IMG/VR virus record: IMGVR_UViG_3300047546_001190
Reading direction: 5' to 3' (one strand)
Length of the DNA stretch: 64,000 nt
DNA from: an uncultured virus (IMG/VR IMGVR_UViG_3300047546_001190)
Taxonomy: Duplodnaviria; Heunggongvirae; Uroviricota; Caudoviricetes
Shown here piece by piece: positions 47,501-54,663 of this stretch; within the stretch, counting starts at the first letter, position 1; each line of letters starts with the position of its first letter. The position numbers and the translations under genes are program-made. A model generated the notes under the pieces. It was not told where the DNA came from, ran no database searches, and worked only from the letters and a program-made list of their open reading frames with translations.

Positions 47501-47527
47501 TTAAAATACGAAGACTACACCTCATAA
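35576..47527 (+). CDS. gp7: Giant baseplate wedge initiator gp7-like protein with an internal YHYH-like domain
   Basis: QLPDFVREE, FYKSKGS and IHDSDYYQYFSY motifs; HSPILGWAYDGNPIYGPYG...DLDEHNGR; lies between gp6 and gp8. Confidence 0.8.
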   Translation: MSNTRIQINSIVQNQLPDFVREEFPLVSEFLSEYYNALENQGGTLDLIQNIDKYVKVDNLTNLIQSTVLLTDVDYFSQTLTVESTAGFPERYGLLLIDNEIITYKSKTSTTFEECVRGFSGIIEYESELLFQETNAQTHTSGSSVVNLSVVFLQEFFRKLKVQITPGFEDREFYEGLNQRVFIKQAKDFYKSKGSDESFEILFRALYGKDVEVLKPRDFVIEPSTAEYRTLKFLVVEGIQGNPRDLENRTLYQDQIYNIPKSQGTVVSVEPFIQNNREYFILGLDYYFDTNVQSVFSEFSIHPNTKVLTNTPLNSDFIDVDSTVGFPEQGTLIVSLKNGTFLNVNYTSKNLNQFLGCSGVNQTIQKEDFVRLDAFAYSYNGNDIISVRVTGVLSNVNYNRAENNYNKGDSIKIKSLGKKLLGIRANNWFFNIPVTYNVKSLRLKDSSSGPVYQLDFYDQHYFKIDDTVKVISSIGENYLGFVVSYLNKNSIEVRLDSILNLSLEYKAEKQLLKSNLIYDDNDLSIYNTDVQNVYFSESEDAIYVASSSIPFYGSETIFPNVRKVVFSGTFNDDYEIHAQNHGLYTGDSVVYYSGEDSTLDLQTGIYFVVRLSSNTFKIARSRNDIFNERYISISGSAFEDIFVFRSQTTESLERKYIQPQNLLRKIRRSFDEIVKDETPSGAIGIFVNGVESYGYKSNDIVYYGPIKKVDVLSSSNDFDVINPPTVQIYDSVGTGASVYSSVNGSLLKIDVIDSGFDYLDEPEVLITGGNGFGAAAKANLTSFEHEVLFNSSSSSLVNLSNETIGFTTFHKFRDNEYVFYDPQGQTAVGGLSTSSAYYVSVQDAFTIKLHKSFSDSVSGINTISLTSYGVGNHKFKSSTLKKRISSITVTSSGENYQSKKTSCTSAGINTALNQITLKNHNYLSGEIITYTSTGSLAGGLASTSYYVTKVDEDNIKLSIVGISSEEKNFYFKTKQYVDITSVGSGTHIFNYEPISVNVVGNIGISTLSNQNFNAVLQPVFRGKVQSVFVNDGGLNYGSEDIINFNRQPEFSLDSASSAQMTPVINNGSITDVVINNFGSGYTAVPDLVVNGSGFGAKLVPIIKNGQIVSVKIQSKGSGYTQDTTSINIVPAGSKLELNAEIKSWRINQVERLIKTQKITDDDGIVVNNFNQDYELQYCHAYSPRSLRKYCLSQKNVNGEIVYVPDLVVLNGIEQKSVSHSPILGWAYDGNPIYGPYGYSVASGAATVKPLQPGYVESIQPNRPSLSIYPSGFFVEDYEYDGSGDLDEHNGRFCVTPEFPQGVYAYFCTVDDGPVESGGPFSNYKKPLFPYIIGNTYKSKSIEFNYQISSNQNNFDLMNSGLLRNINPYNFDEPNSFYNYLNKTSNNISEISKVKSISVGKISSAGIITGGNNYKVGDIITYKETSDISKVVSIKGKNVQSVSVATSEFTNVEFLLEGNTNYLVGYSTIPHGYLNNDLVSISIPEIKETSNIVVNTNILNLSVGVGSTAYTGIVTYFNVRGNLSIRENDIYKILDEEVKVLNVDRDNSRIRVLRNQNNTVSGFSTFPVGIALTEKPRKFSIKTGIQTSYQYKLNKKYYLNPAESVGLGTTSGTGVGSTLSFSNPGAGITQIFIPTKTIYIPGHQLLTNTELVYSSNGGSPISVSTDGVSSFTLGENSIVYAARVSDDLIGISTVNIGLGTNGSFVGLGTTNSTKSTLFITGVGSGTIHSLSTNYDDILLGSVYKNTVTVSTASTHGLSLLDSVNVSLVSSASTTLYVKYNDYNRVLVLNERSFTSDKVNIVSNTITLENHGYNSGDKVLYKSVSPIGGLVNQNIYYVILVNKDEIKLATTYYSATKNFPNYINLTSTGSGSFSEVNPQINLVKNSRLIFDLSDSSLSFTNNSQLYSAFDFDFYYDSTFENKFEFYADFADREVVKSGQIGISANAYVALTVNDSTPKTLYYKLTPKNTDISPTTKKEIVEDTEVLNNNSIKLVDSVYSGSFQVIGVGNTTFKYNIAETPQVKSYTNSNSVVNYITNSDSTDGPIDAVLNILSNANFDNSKSIPGISTIKTINGSGALVELQSNEIGNITSVEIQNFGFDYPSDLTLRPTAKLPDLLTVNAFYSIDRIGISSVGKNYSLSPDLVLKGSDQSIISDVDLSYSLGDSEVTILSNTKGISGIFPTIIPINNTNGIPVTNISFDNNSKDVVVTLGSSFSSINDFPFAIGEKILVEHVSVGVGSTAKGYNSSSYNYSLFTVVNTDPNIGGIGATISYNLSEYLGNNEYPGNYDAINSSGIVVPEKYFPIFDISLKSNDFYVGEEVVSENYYGLVEEWDSKNGILKVSSSDDFTTGSQIKGLTSKSVGIVTTLRFNPDLTYQVSAFNISNDGWKTNKGFLNDETQRIHDSDYYQYFSYSLKSEVQYNTWEEPVSSLNHTAGFKKFSDLQVHSSTDEFSGISTSQNNGDFVGVADISSVVDLNCVYDFDLARENNIFIDGATKSNQIIFNSRILQDYVESVGNRVLTVDDFSNEFNSNPRTTKFSTVYDFHLDNTFTKFITFTKDRLFTNDRQILLVSLLQNRSIGFLNQYGRVESYSDLGSFDFNISGSRGQLLFYPVKNLINDYDVSVVAYSLEPIVTGVGHINLGDAVYVGSSTSILPTSSSSPVTVVGIASTYRSSKVMVQISASDESYFESDEITILHDGTSIESVEYGQLNTTYLQSASTAGLGTYHVYYSGSNINLDFIPYNTTTSEYKINSLHINLSDNPTSTDSTSFNNSKIQSNFVAISSSPSPGITTISSYSSTYDGAYCVVLIKDTTNNEYQVSEIAILDDGVDSHISEFGIIQTNGSIGSIGSTVKGSGDVDINFTPNPNIDVEVVVFTNSIGDVDDTLPITAIDFTNASINSGDGFYLGAESDIKKDFNLTYNQRPIFERYFDGSDPNIIGIGTTSTIKIPENFFVTGEKVQYSYSGAGTTSSIGIATTTVSGIGVTNKLPSTVYIVKENELYVRVALSTADALAVPPNTVEFTSVGIGTSHRFTSLNPNSKVLLSIDNMIQSPIVSTAITSSLSSFLSRAETRFDITGITSFFAGDLIKIDDEIMRISSVGLNTNPNTLTVRRPWLGTGIATHAKDTIVTKISGNYNIVENTLYFAEAPYGLTPIGTTTNKPDERDYVGLETHSTFSGRVFMKSGVPNTDSEPYSKNYIFDSLSSDFDGVTSQFTLTSNRSNISGFSTSNAIVLVNDIFQGPQRSGAISIVGDYDLIESSGITSIRFTGTATSTTSDVNTASIPRGGVIVSVGSTSGLGYQPLVAAGGTANVSVAGTISSISIGNSGSGYRVGIQTIVNVGVVTSSITSNIQFIGTAAISGGHIVSVAITNPGVGYTSSNPPLVIFDSPLSYSDIPLVYSSSSSGLGTGAKANIVVGQGSSVISFEIINTGYGYGQSEILTVAVGGQSGIPTDPSISFKEFQITIDQTINDEFSGWVIGDLQVFDVIDDLFDGNRVTFPIKLNGNQTTIRSKKGSNINVESTLLIFLNDVLQVPGKGYSFNGGSVITFAEPPKEGDRCKIIFYKGTSEVDTVNIDILETVKVGDTLTLNDDNISFKENNRIVNEILSTDIVGTNVYTSPGISEDPNYSRPVIWCRQTEDRILNGQQVAKDRVLYEALINPSTNIIQNVSAASTQIFVESVKTFFDSADEYFQDGTTEIPQKKIVITSQDNLVSAAATAIVSVAGTISSVVISDGGLGYSVAPTVVIENPVGLGITQRASAIASVSIGGTISSITVSSPGTGYTTSNPPVVLIESPTVNREVINRVSYQGDFGIISGIKTTSVGVASTGIVFDFFIPKNSFLRDLSVNSVGIATTGISGIQTGYYFVVYNSNVGNGVTSINQSGSTIGIGTSFIDNVYQVAAVSIGQTNVTGVGLTYVAKVTVSVSNYNGLTGLGFSSFYGEYSWGRIYNMTRSDAKSFAYYNNGISGIATSPIIQRYNPLKYEDYTS

Positions 47528-47547
47528 ATAGATAAAAAACTCATAAA

Positions 47548-49104
47548 ATGTCCGCAATTATAACTGACCAATTAAGAATATTAAATGCGAAGAACTTTGT
47601 TTCTGCTGCAACTTCTTCCGCAAATTCTTATTATGCCTTTGTTGGTCTTCCTAATGCAACGGATTATTCCCCAACTTGGGATGTAACTCCACCAGCACCT
47701 AAGGATAATTTCAGTGAGGAAAATGATTATTGGGATACGATGATTGCATTAAAGAAAATTAATGCAAGTGATATATGTCAGGTTGTAAGAAAAAATACTT
47801 GGACTTCTGGAATTACTTATGACATGTATCGTCATGATATAAGTAGAACAAATACATCAAAACCATCTGGAGCAACTAGTTTATATTCGGCAAATTATTA
47901 TGTCGTTAATAGTGATTATAAGGTTTATATCTGTTTAAATAATGGAGTTTCTCCAGAAAATCCTGAAGGTAGACCATCACTAGATGAACCAACTTTTACC
48001 GATTTAGAGCCAAGATCTGCTGGTAATAGTGGAGATGGGTATATTTGGAAATATCTCTATACCATTAAACCAAGTGATATTATTAAGTTCGATTCTCTCA
48101 ACTTTATACCAGTACCAAAGGATTGGGAAACAAATACAACTGACTCTGCGGTAAGAAATAATGCAACAACTAGTGGTCAGTTAAAGATCGTAACTGTCAC
48201 TAATAGAGGAGTTGGTCTTGGAACTGCAAATACTACATATTATAACGTGCCAATTAAAGGTGATGGTTCAGGTGCAGAAGCAACCATCGTAGTTAATGCA
48301 GATTCTAAGGTAGAATCCATTACAATCTCAAATGGAGGATCTGGTTATACCTTTGGTAGTGTAGATTTAGAATCTGGCAGTGTTCCTACAGGAATTACCA
48401 GACCTACATTTGATGTTATTATACCTCCTAAAGGTGGACATGGATATGATATCTATCGTGAATTGGGTGCTTATAGTGTAATGCTATATTCCAGAATTGA
48501 AAATGATCTTCAGGACCCAGATTTTATTATTGGAAATCAAATAGCAAGAGTAGGTGTTGTTGAAAATCCTTTGGCATATAATTCTGCAACAACTCTTACT
48601 GCAAATAAAGTTAGTGCATTATCTGCAATAAAATTGACAGGTATTGGATACAGTTCAACAACTTTTATCGCAGATTCTATTATAACTCAGACTGTAGGAT
48701 TAGGATCAACTGCAGTTGGAAGAGTAGTTTCTTATGATCAGAATACTGGAGTTTTAAAATATTGGCAGGATAGAAGTCTGGCAGGATTTAATACTGACGG
48801 AACTCGCAATACAAATCCGACTTACGGATTTAATTTAAATCAATTCACATCTTCAGTTGGTTCTGGAGGAACAACTGTTGTTGTTGGATCAAGTGGAACT
48901 TCATTAAGTATAGATACAGCATTTAGTGGCATCTCTACCGTAATAAATAGTAGGACATACTATTTTGGACAATATTTTGAGAATGGTATTGCTACTCCAG
49001 AAGTTGAAAAGCACTCTGGAAATATAATTTATGTTGATAATAGACCCTCCATTACTAGATCATCAAACCAAAAAGAAGATATCAAGGTAATTTTGCAATT
49101 CTAA
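47548..49104 (+). CDS. gp8: Baseplate wedge subunit gp8
   Basis: MSAIITDQLR...DGYIWKYLYTI...IYVDNR...QKEDIKVILQF. Confidence 0.9.
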   Translation: MSAIITDQLRILNAKNFVSAATSSANSYYAFVGLPNATDYSPTWDVTPPAPKDNFSEENDYWDTMIALKKINASDICQVVRKNTWTSGITYDMYRHDISRTNTSKPSGATSLYSANYYVVNSDYKVYICLNNGVSPENPEGRPSLDEPTFTDLEPRSAGNSGDGYIWKYLYTIKPSDIIKFDSLNFIPVPKDWETNTTDSAVRNNATTSGQLKIVTVTNRGVGLGTANTTYYNVPIKGDGSGAEATIVVNADSKVESITISNGGSGYTFGSVDLESGSVPTGITRPTFDVIIPPKGGHGYDIYRELGAYSVMLYSRIENDLQDPDFIIGNQIARVGVVENPLAYNSATTLTANKVSALSAIKLTGIGYSSTTFIADSIITQTVGLGSTAVGRVVSYDQNTGVLKYWQDRSLAGFNTDGTRNTNPTYGFNLNQFTSSVGSGGTTVVVGSSGTSLSIDTAFSGISTVINSRTYYFGQYFENGIATPEVEKHSGNIIYVDNRPSITRSSNQKEDIKVILQF

Positions 49105-49110
49105 ACTATT

Positions 49111-52100
49111 ATGCCACAACAGACTAACCTCAACGTTTTTCCATATTTTGATGATTTTGATCCACAAAAAAACTATCAAAAGATATTGTTCAAGCCTGGA
49201 TATCCTGTTCAGGCACGAGAGTTAACGTCAATTCAATCTGCTTTACAAAATCAGATTGAACAACTTGGCAACTTTACCTTAAAAAGTGAAGGGACCGTTG
49301 TAATACCGGGAAGTTGGGAATATAATAATCAGTTTGATGCAGTAGAGATTGAACCTTCTTTTAATGGAATTGATGTTTCGGCATATATTGGCACATTAAC
49401 AGGATCTACTATCAGAGGATCAATTAGTGGAGTAAGAGCAAAGGTTATAATTGTTACTCCTGCAAGTTCTTCCGAAAGAGAAAATAATACACTTCATTTA
49501 AACTATCTAGATACTGGAGTTGATGGATCTAGTACGTTTCTTGATGGTGAGCAATTAATATGCGAAAAAGACATTTTATTATCCACTGGAAATGTTCTCA
49601 TTAATTCTGGAGAACCTTTTGCTAGAACTTTAGCAGAAAATTCAACATCAGTTGGATCTGCATTTATTTTAAGTAGTGGTGTATATTATCTGAGAGGAAC
49701 TTTTGTATCAGTATCTAGTCAAATATTATTTTTGGATAGGTATGATAATAGACCAAATTATAAAGTAGGTTTTCAAATTGAAGAAAGAATAGTAACTTCA
49801 AATGAAGATCAATCTTTAAATGATAATGCTAATGGATTTTTAAACTATGCTGCTCCTGGAGCGGATAGATTTTCCATTAACGCAGTTTTAGCAAAAGTTC
49901 CTCAAGATGTTGAAAATCCATCAAATTTTGTTCAAATTGCCTCTATAATTGATGGTACTTTAATTGACAGAGTTGTAAACGCTGAGTTGGGTGAACTTAG
50001 AAAAGAGTTTGCCAGAAGAACTTATGACGAATCGGGAGACTATTATGTAGTTCCTCCAACTTTAGTTGTTAGAGAAACTTTGAATAACTACTTAGGAAAT
50101 AATGGTGTTTTTCCTAAAAATGTGCAGACTTATTCTGGTAATGTTCCATCTGATGACTTAGGAACATATCAGATATCTCCAAGTAAAGCATATATTCGTG
50201 GATTTGAATGTGAAACTGTTTCCACAACCTTTATAGATTTTCAAAAACCAAGAACCACTCAGTTATTAACAAATCAACAGTTAATTTACTCTGTAGGACC
50301 ATCATTTACCCTCAATAGAGTAAATGGATGTCCGACTATCGGCATATCTACCTCATATTATGTAAGTTTACGAGATAGTAGAGTAGGAACTTCTCAGACA
50401 AGTTATACAATATCTGGGGTAGCAAGTACAATAGCAGCAGGAAAGGAAATTGGTGTTGCTAGAGTATATGATTTTGCATTAGAATCTGGTTCTTACAATA
50501 CTAGTAATTTGAATTTGAACCAGTGGGATATTTCTCTCTATGATATTCAAACTCATACGGAAATTTCTCTAAATGAACCAATTACATTATCCACTCCAAC
50601 TCAAGTAAAAGGTAAATCGAGTGGAGCAGTAGGATTTTTAAGATATGATCTTTCCAATTCTGGTATATTAACTGCATATAATATTACGGGTAAGTTTAGT
50701 ATTGGTGAAAGATTGATTTTTGATGGTATTGAAAATACTAGAGTTTCTACCGCAGTTACATCTTATGGTATTGGAGATGTAAAATCAATTTATTCAAATG
50801 TTGGATCTGCTGCAACATTTAGTGCAGATACTATTCAGTATCCATTAAATATTATAGGTCAGGTAAATATAAGTCCAAGAGATGCTGCAACTGGAGTATC
50901 TACTGTAACTTCTTCTGATATCTACTTTATTGGAATTGCAACTGTAGGAAATCTTGTTGCATTCTCGGATCCAAGTTTTACGGATCCTACTTATGCTAGA
51001 GTAAAGAATGTACAAAGATCTTTCTTAGAAATAACCGGAATAACAACTGTATCTGGTGTATGTCAAGGTTCTCTTCCAACTACATCCATATCTCCAAGTG
51101 ATTTTAGAATCTTAACAACTAGATTACAATCTTCTACAGATAATACACTTTATACTTTATTACCAAAAGAAAAAATTGCATCTGTAGATCTAACAGAGTC
51201 TAACTTGACAATTAGAAGACAATATGATGTAACTATTTCCTCAAATAGTATTACAATTTCTCCAACGTTAGTTTCATCTGATGAAACATTTTTACCTTAT
51301 GATGAAGAAAGATATGTATTAATAAGAAATGATGGTACTATTGAACCATTAAGTTCGGATAAATTCCAATTTAATACTGGAGGAAGAGGTTTAGTCATAA
51401 ACGGACTTTCTGGAAATGGATCAGCAAAACTTATAACTACATTAAGAAAAATTAATGTTACTGAAAAAGTTAAAAATAAGAAGAGAATTAATTCTTTAAT
51501 TGTTTCTAATTCAAAATATGCAGGATCTGGTATTGGAAGCACTACTTTAAATGATGGATTGACATATGGAAATTATCCATATGGAACCAGGGTTCAAGAT
51601 GAAGAGATTTGTTTATTGACTCCAGACGTTACTAACATCTATGGAATTTTTGAGTCTAATGACACTAACGATCCTAATATTCCTACAATAACATTTTCAA
51701 CACTTTCTGGACCTACAGGATCAACTTCTGATTTAATAGTTGGTGAAAGAATTGTTAGTGATTCTGGAGAAACTATTGCTCTATTTGTAGAATCTAAAAG
51801 CAATTTGTCAGTTGGTTTTATTTACTTAAATGACAATTCATTCTCCGTAGGTGAACTTGTCAAATTTGAAGAATCCGGAATCGAAGCAATAGTATCAAGT
51901 ATTTCTGCTGGTAGTAATAATATTACAAACAGATATGTTGTAGATCCTGGATATTCGGAAACTGTTTATAATTATTCAAAAATAATTAGAAAGTCTGATA
52001 CACAAGAATCTAATAAAAAAATTAGAATAATTTTTGAATCTGCAGAAATTTCGGATTCTGATAGAGGTGATATTTTAACAGTAAATTCATATCAACAATT

Positions 52101-54591
52101 TGACTATAAAAATCTTCCTAGTGTAGTTAATAAAACACAAAGATCAGTATCAGATGTAATTGATGTTAGACCTAGAGTTTCGACAATCACACCAACTGCA
52201 GGATCAAGGTCTCCGTTTGAATTCTTGGGTAGAAATTTTGTTTCTAATCAAAATGAATATACAAAAATATTGGCTTCTGATGAATCTATCATTATCGATT
52301 ATTCATTCTATCTTCCAAGAATTGATAAGATATTTTTCACTAAAGACGGTCTTTTCCAATTAAAAGCTGGAGAACCTTCAGAAAATCCACAACTTCCACT
52401 TCCAGTTGCTGATGCAATAGAAATTGCAACTATTAGTCTTCCTGCATATCTCGAAACAGTTGATGAAGCAACCGTTTCTTTGGTGAGACATAAGAGATAT
52501 AGAATGTCCGACATTCAAAAGTTGGAACAGAGAATAAGCAATTTAGAATTCTATACAACACTATCACTTTTAGAAACTGATACCTCTAATTTTAAAGTTA
52601 GAGATGCAAATGGTTTAGATAGATTTAAATCTGGATTTTTTGTGGATAACTTTGCTGGTACTTTGTATCAGAGAAAAGTTACTGGTGTAAAAAATTCTAT
52701 TGATGTTTCTAATTCTGAGTTGAGACCAACTCATTATACAACAGAATTAGACTTAGTTATTGGATCAGAATCTTTACTTGGACTTACTCAAACTTCAAAT
52801 ACTAATGCAGACTTAAGGTTTGTAGAAGATTTGGTAGGATCTGGAGTTAAAGTAACTGGACAACTTTTAACTTTAGATTTTGAAGAGGTTTTAGAAACTT
52901 CTCAACCATATGCAACTAAAGTAGTAAATGTTGCTCCATTTAGAAGCACTTATTATACAGGAACAATTCAATTATATCCAGCATCAGATGTTTGGATCGA
53001 TCCTGTTAGACTTCCATCTACATCTATAGAGGTTGAGGGTAATTACACTAAAACCTTACAACAACTTACCCAAGAAGGATTTGACGCACAAACTGGATTT
53101 GGTCCTGTTACATGGAATTCTTGGGAAACTAACTGGACTGGTTCATCTACGCAAACTGATGTTAGAAGATATACACAAAATTCTAGAAATGTTACAGAAA
53201 CAACTGTAACTACAACTAACACTGGAACAAGAACAAGAGAAGGTAACAGACAAATTGCGTCAGAGCAATTTAATAATAGATCTCTTGGAGACTCTATTGT
53301 AAGTATTGATTTAGTTCCTTATATGAGGCAGAGAAATATTGAATTCACTGCCAAGAGAATGAAACCATTTACTCAGGTTTACAATTTCTTTGATGGTGTC
53401 AATATCACAAATTATTGCACACCAAAACTACTTGAAATTAGTATGATTAGTGGTGTTTTCCAAGTTGGTGAAACTGTTTATGCTGAACCAAATATTTTAT
53501 ATAATCCTATACCTTTCTTCCCTACAATTTCACTTGCACCGACACCTGGAGGAAAAAGATCTGAAAGAGCACCCGGATGCATATCACCACCTCAACTTAA
53601 TGAATTTAAATTTAGAGTAGCGGCACCTAATCACAAATATGGTCCATATAATAGACCAACAGATGTCTTTACTTTAAATCCATATAGTAGAAATAATACT
53701 CTACCTAGTGTTTATTCTGCATCATCGACTATATTAAATGTCGATACATATTCACTATCAAACATAACTCAAGGTTTGTATCAAGGTCATGTAACTAAAG
53801 GAGTGATACTTCGTGGAGGGACAAGTGGTGCAGTAGCAACAGTCACTGACGTTAGACTTATTACAGATAATGTCGGTACTCTTATAGGATCTTTCCATAT
53901 TCCAAATCCTAACAACTTGTCTTCACCAAAATTCCAGGTTGGTATTAAACTCTTTAGAATGACAAATAGTGAAGTTAATACAACAGTTGGTGGATTGGTT
54001 ACTACAAGTGCAGAAGAAAAGTTCTATGCTGAAGGATTTAAAACTAATACTAAGGAAAATATCCTAGTAACTAGAGATCTTAGACTTGAAACGGGTCTCG
54101 CTAATGAAACAGAACCAGTGACTAGTACTCAAACTAACACTACAGTTACTTCTGTTCCAATTCCCCCACCTTCTGGGCCAGCACCAGCAGATCCAAGAGT
54201 AACAAGACCTCCATCTCGTCCATCTAGTCCCGGATCATCTACACCTTCATCTTCAACTGTCAATATATTCAACTCTTCTCCAACATCAATTAGAGGAAGA
54301 ACAGTTGGTGGAGTTACATTTAATGCTGACGGAACAGTTTCAAATGGAGTCTTAGTTGGTCCAGGACAATATCAGTATAGACCAGGAGCACAAGGTACTT
54401 GGACAGGTCAAAATGCAAGCAGTCCTGGAGCATGGACAGTTGATCCGTATGTATATGTGTCCGGACAGCAAAGTGGTAGATTGGCAAGTCCAAGTGGTGG
54501 TTATGCAGCAAATTATAATAGACCACTTATTGGTGGTTCACCTAATCTACCAAGATCATCACCAGGTTCGTCTTCACCAAGAGGTTATTGA
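49111..54591 (+). CDS. VrlC-like/DUF4815 virion structural protein, N-terminal part
   Basis: PYFDDFD...PGYPVQARELT, APGADR, ARRTYDESGDY, RFKSGFFVDNF. Confidence 0.8.
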   Translation: MPQQTNLNVFPYFDDFDPQKNYQKILFKPGYPVQARELTSIQSALQNQIEQLGNFTLKSEGTVVIPGSWEYNNQFDAVEIEPSFNGIDVSAYIGTLTGSTIRGSISGVRAKVIIVTPASSSERENNTLHLNYLDTGVDGSSTFLDGEQLICEKDILLSTGNVLINSGEPFARTLAENSTSVGSAFILSSGVYYLRGTFVSVSSQILFLDRYDNRPNYKVGFQIEERIVTSNEDQSLNDNANGFLNYAAPGADRFSINAVLAKVPQDVENPSNFVQIASIIDGTLIDRVVNAELGELRKEFARRTYDESGDYYVVPPTLVVRETLNNYLGNNGVFPKNVQTYSGNVPSDDLGTYQISPSKAYIRGFECETVSTTFIDFQKPRTTQLLTNQQLIYSVGPSFTLNRVNGCPTIGISTSYYVSLRDSRVGTSQTSYTISGVASTIAAGKEIGVARVYDFALESGSYNTSNLNLNQWDISLYDIQTHTEISLNEPITLSTPTQVKGKSSGAVGFLRYDLSNSGILTAYNITGKFSIGERLIFDGIENTRVSTAVTSYGIGDVKSIYSNVGSAATFSADTIQYPLNIIGQVNISPRDAATGVSTVTSSDIYFIGIATVGNLVAFSDPSFTDPTYARVKNVQRSFLEITGITTVSGVCQGSLPTTSISPSDFRILTTRLQSSTDNTLYTLLPKEKIASVDLTESNLTIRRQYDVTISSNSITISPTLVSSDETFLPYDEERYVLIRNDGTIEPLSSDKFQFNTGGRGLVINGLSGNGSAKLITTLRKINVTEKVKNKKRINSLIVSNSKYAGSGIGSTTLNDGLTYGNYPYGTRVQDEEICLLTPDVTNIYGIFESNDTNDPNIPTITFSTLSGPTGSTSDLIVGERIVSDSGETIALFVESKSNLSVGFIYLNDNSFSVGELVKFEESGIEAIVSSISAGSNNITNRYVVDPGYSETVYNYSKIIRKSDTQESNKKIRIIFESAEISDSDRGDILTVNSYQQFDYKNLPSVVNKTQRSVSDVIDVRPRVSTITPTAGSRSPFEFLGRNFVSNQNEYTKILASDESIIIDYSFYLPRIDKIFFTKDGLFQLKAGEPSENPQLPLPVADAIEIATISLPAYLETVDEATVSLVRHKRYRMSDIQKLEQRISNLEFYTTLSLLETDTSNFKVRDANGLDRFKSGFFVDNFAGTLYQRKVTGVKNSIDVSNSELRPTHYTTELDLVIGSESLLGLTQTSNTNADLRFVEDLVGSGVKVTGQLLTLDFEEVLETSQPYATKVVNVAPFRSTYYTGTIQLYPASDVWIDPVRLPSTSIEVEGNYTKTLQQLTQEGFDAQTGFGPVTWNSWETNWTGSSTQTDVRRYTQNSRNVTETTVTTTNTGTRTREGNRQIASEQFNNRSLGDSIVSIDLVPYMRQRNIEFTAKRMKPFTQVYNFFDGVNITNYCTPKLLEISMISGVFQVGETVYAEPNILYNPIPFFPTISLAPTPGGKRSERAPGCISPPQLNEFKFRVAAPNHKYGPYNRPTDVFTLNPYSRNNTLPSVYSASSTILNVDTYSLSNITQGLYQGHVTKGVILRGGTSGAVATVTDVRLITDNVGTLIGSFHIPNPNNLSSPKFQVGIKLFRMTNSEVNTTVGGLVTTSAEEKFYAEGFKTNTKENILVTRDLRLETGLANETEPVTSTQTNTTVTSVPIPPPSGPAPADPRVTRPPSRPSSPGSSTPSSSTVNIFNSSPTSIRGRTVGGVTFNADGTVSNGVLVGPGQYQYRPGAQGTWTGQNASSPGAWTVDPYVYVSGQQSGRLASPSGGYAANYNRPLIGGSPNLPRSSPGSSSPRGY

Positions 54592-54663
54592 TTTTCTTTT
54601 GACCAATAAAACCATCTAAATATATCTAAAGGGACTATAAAAAATAAATTATTCTGGGGATAA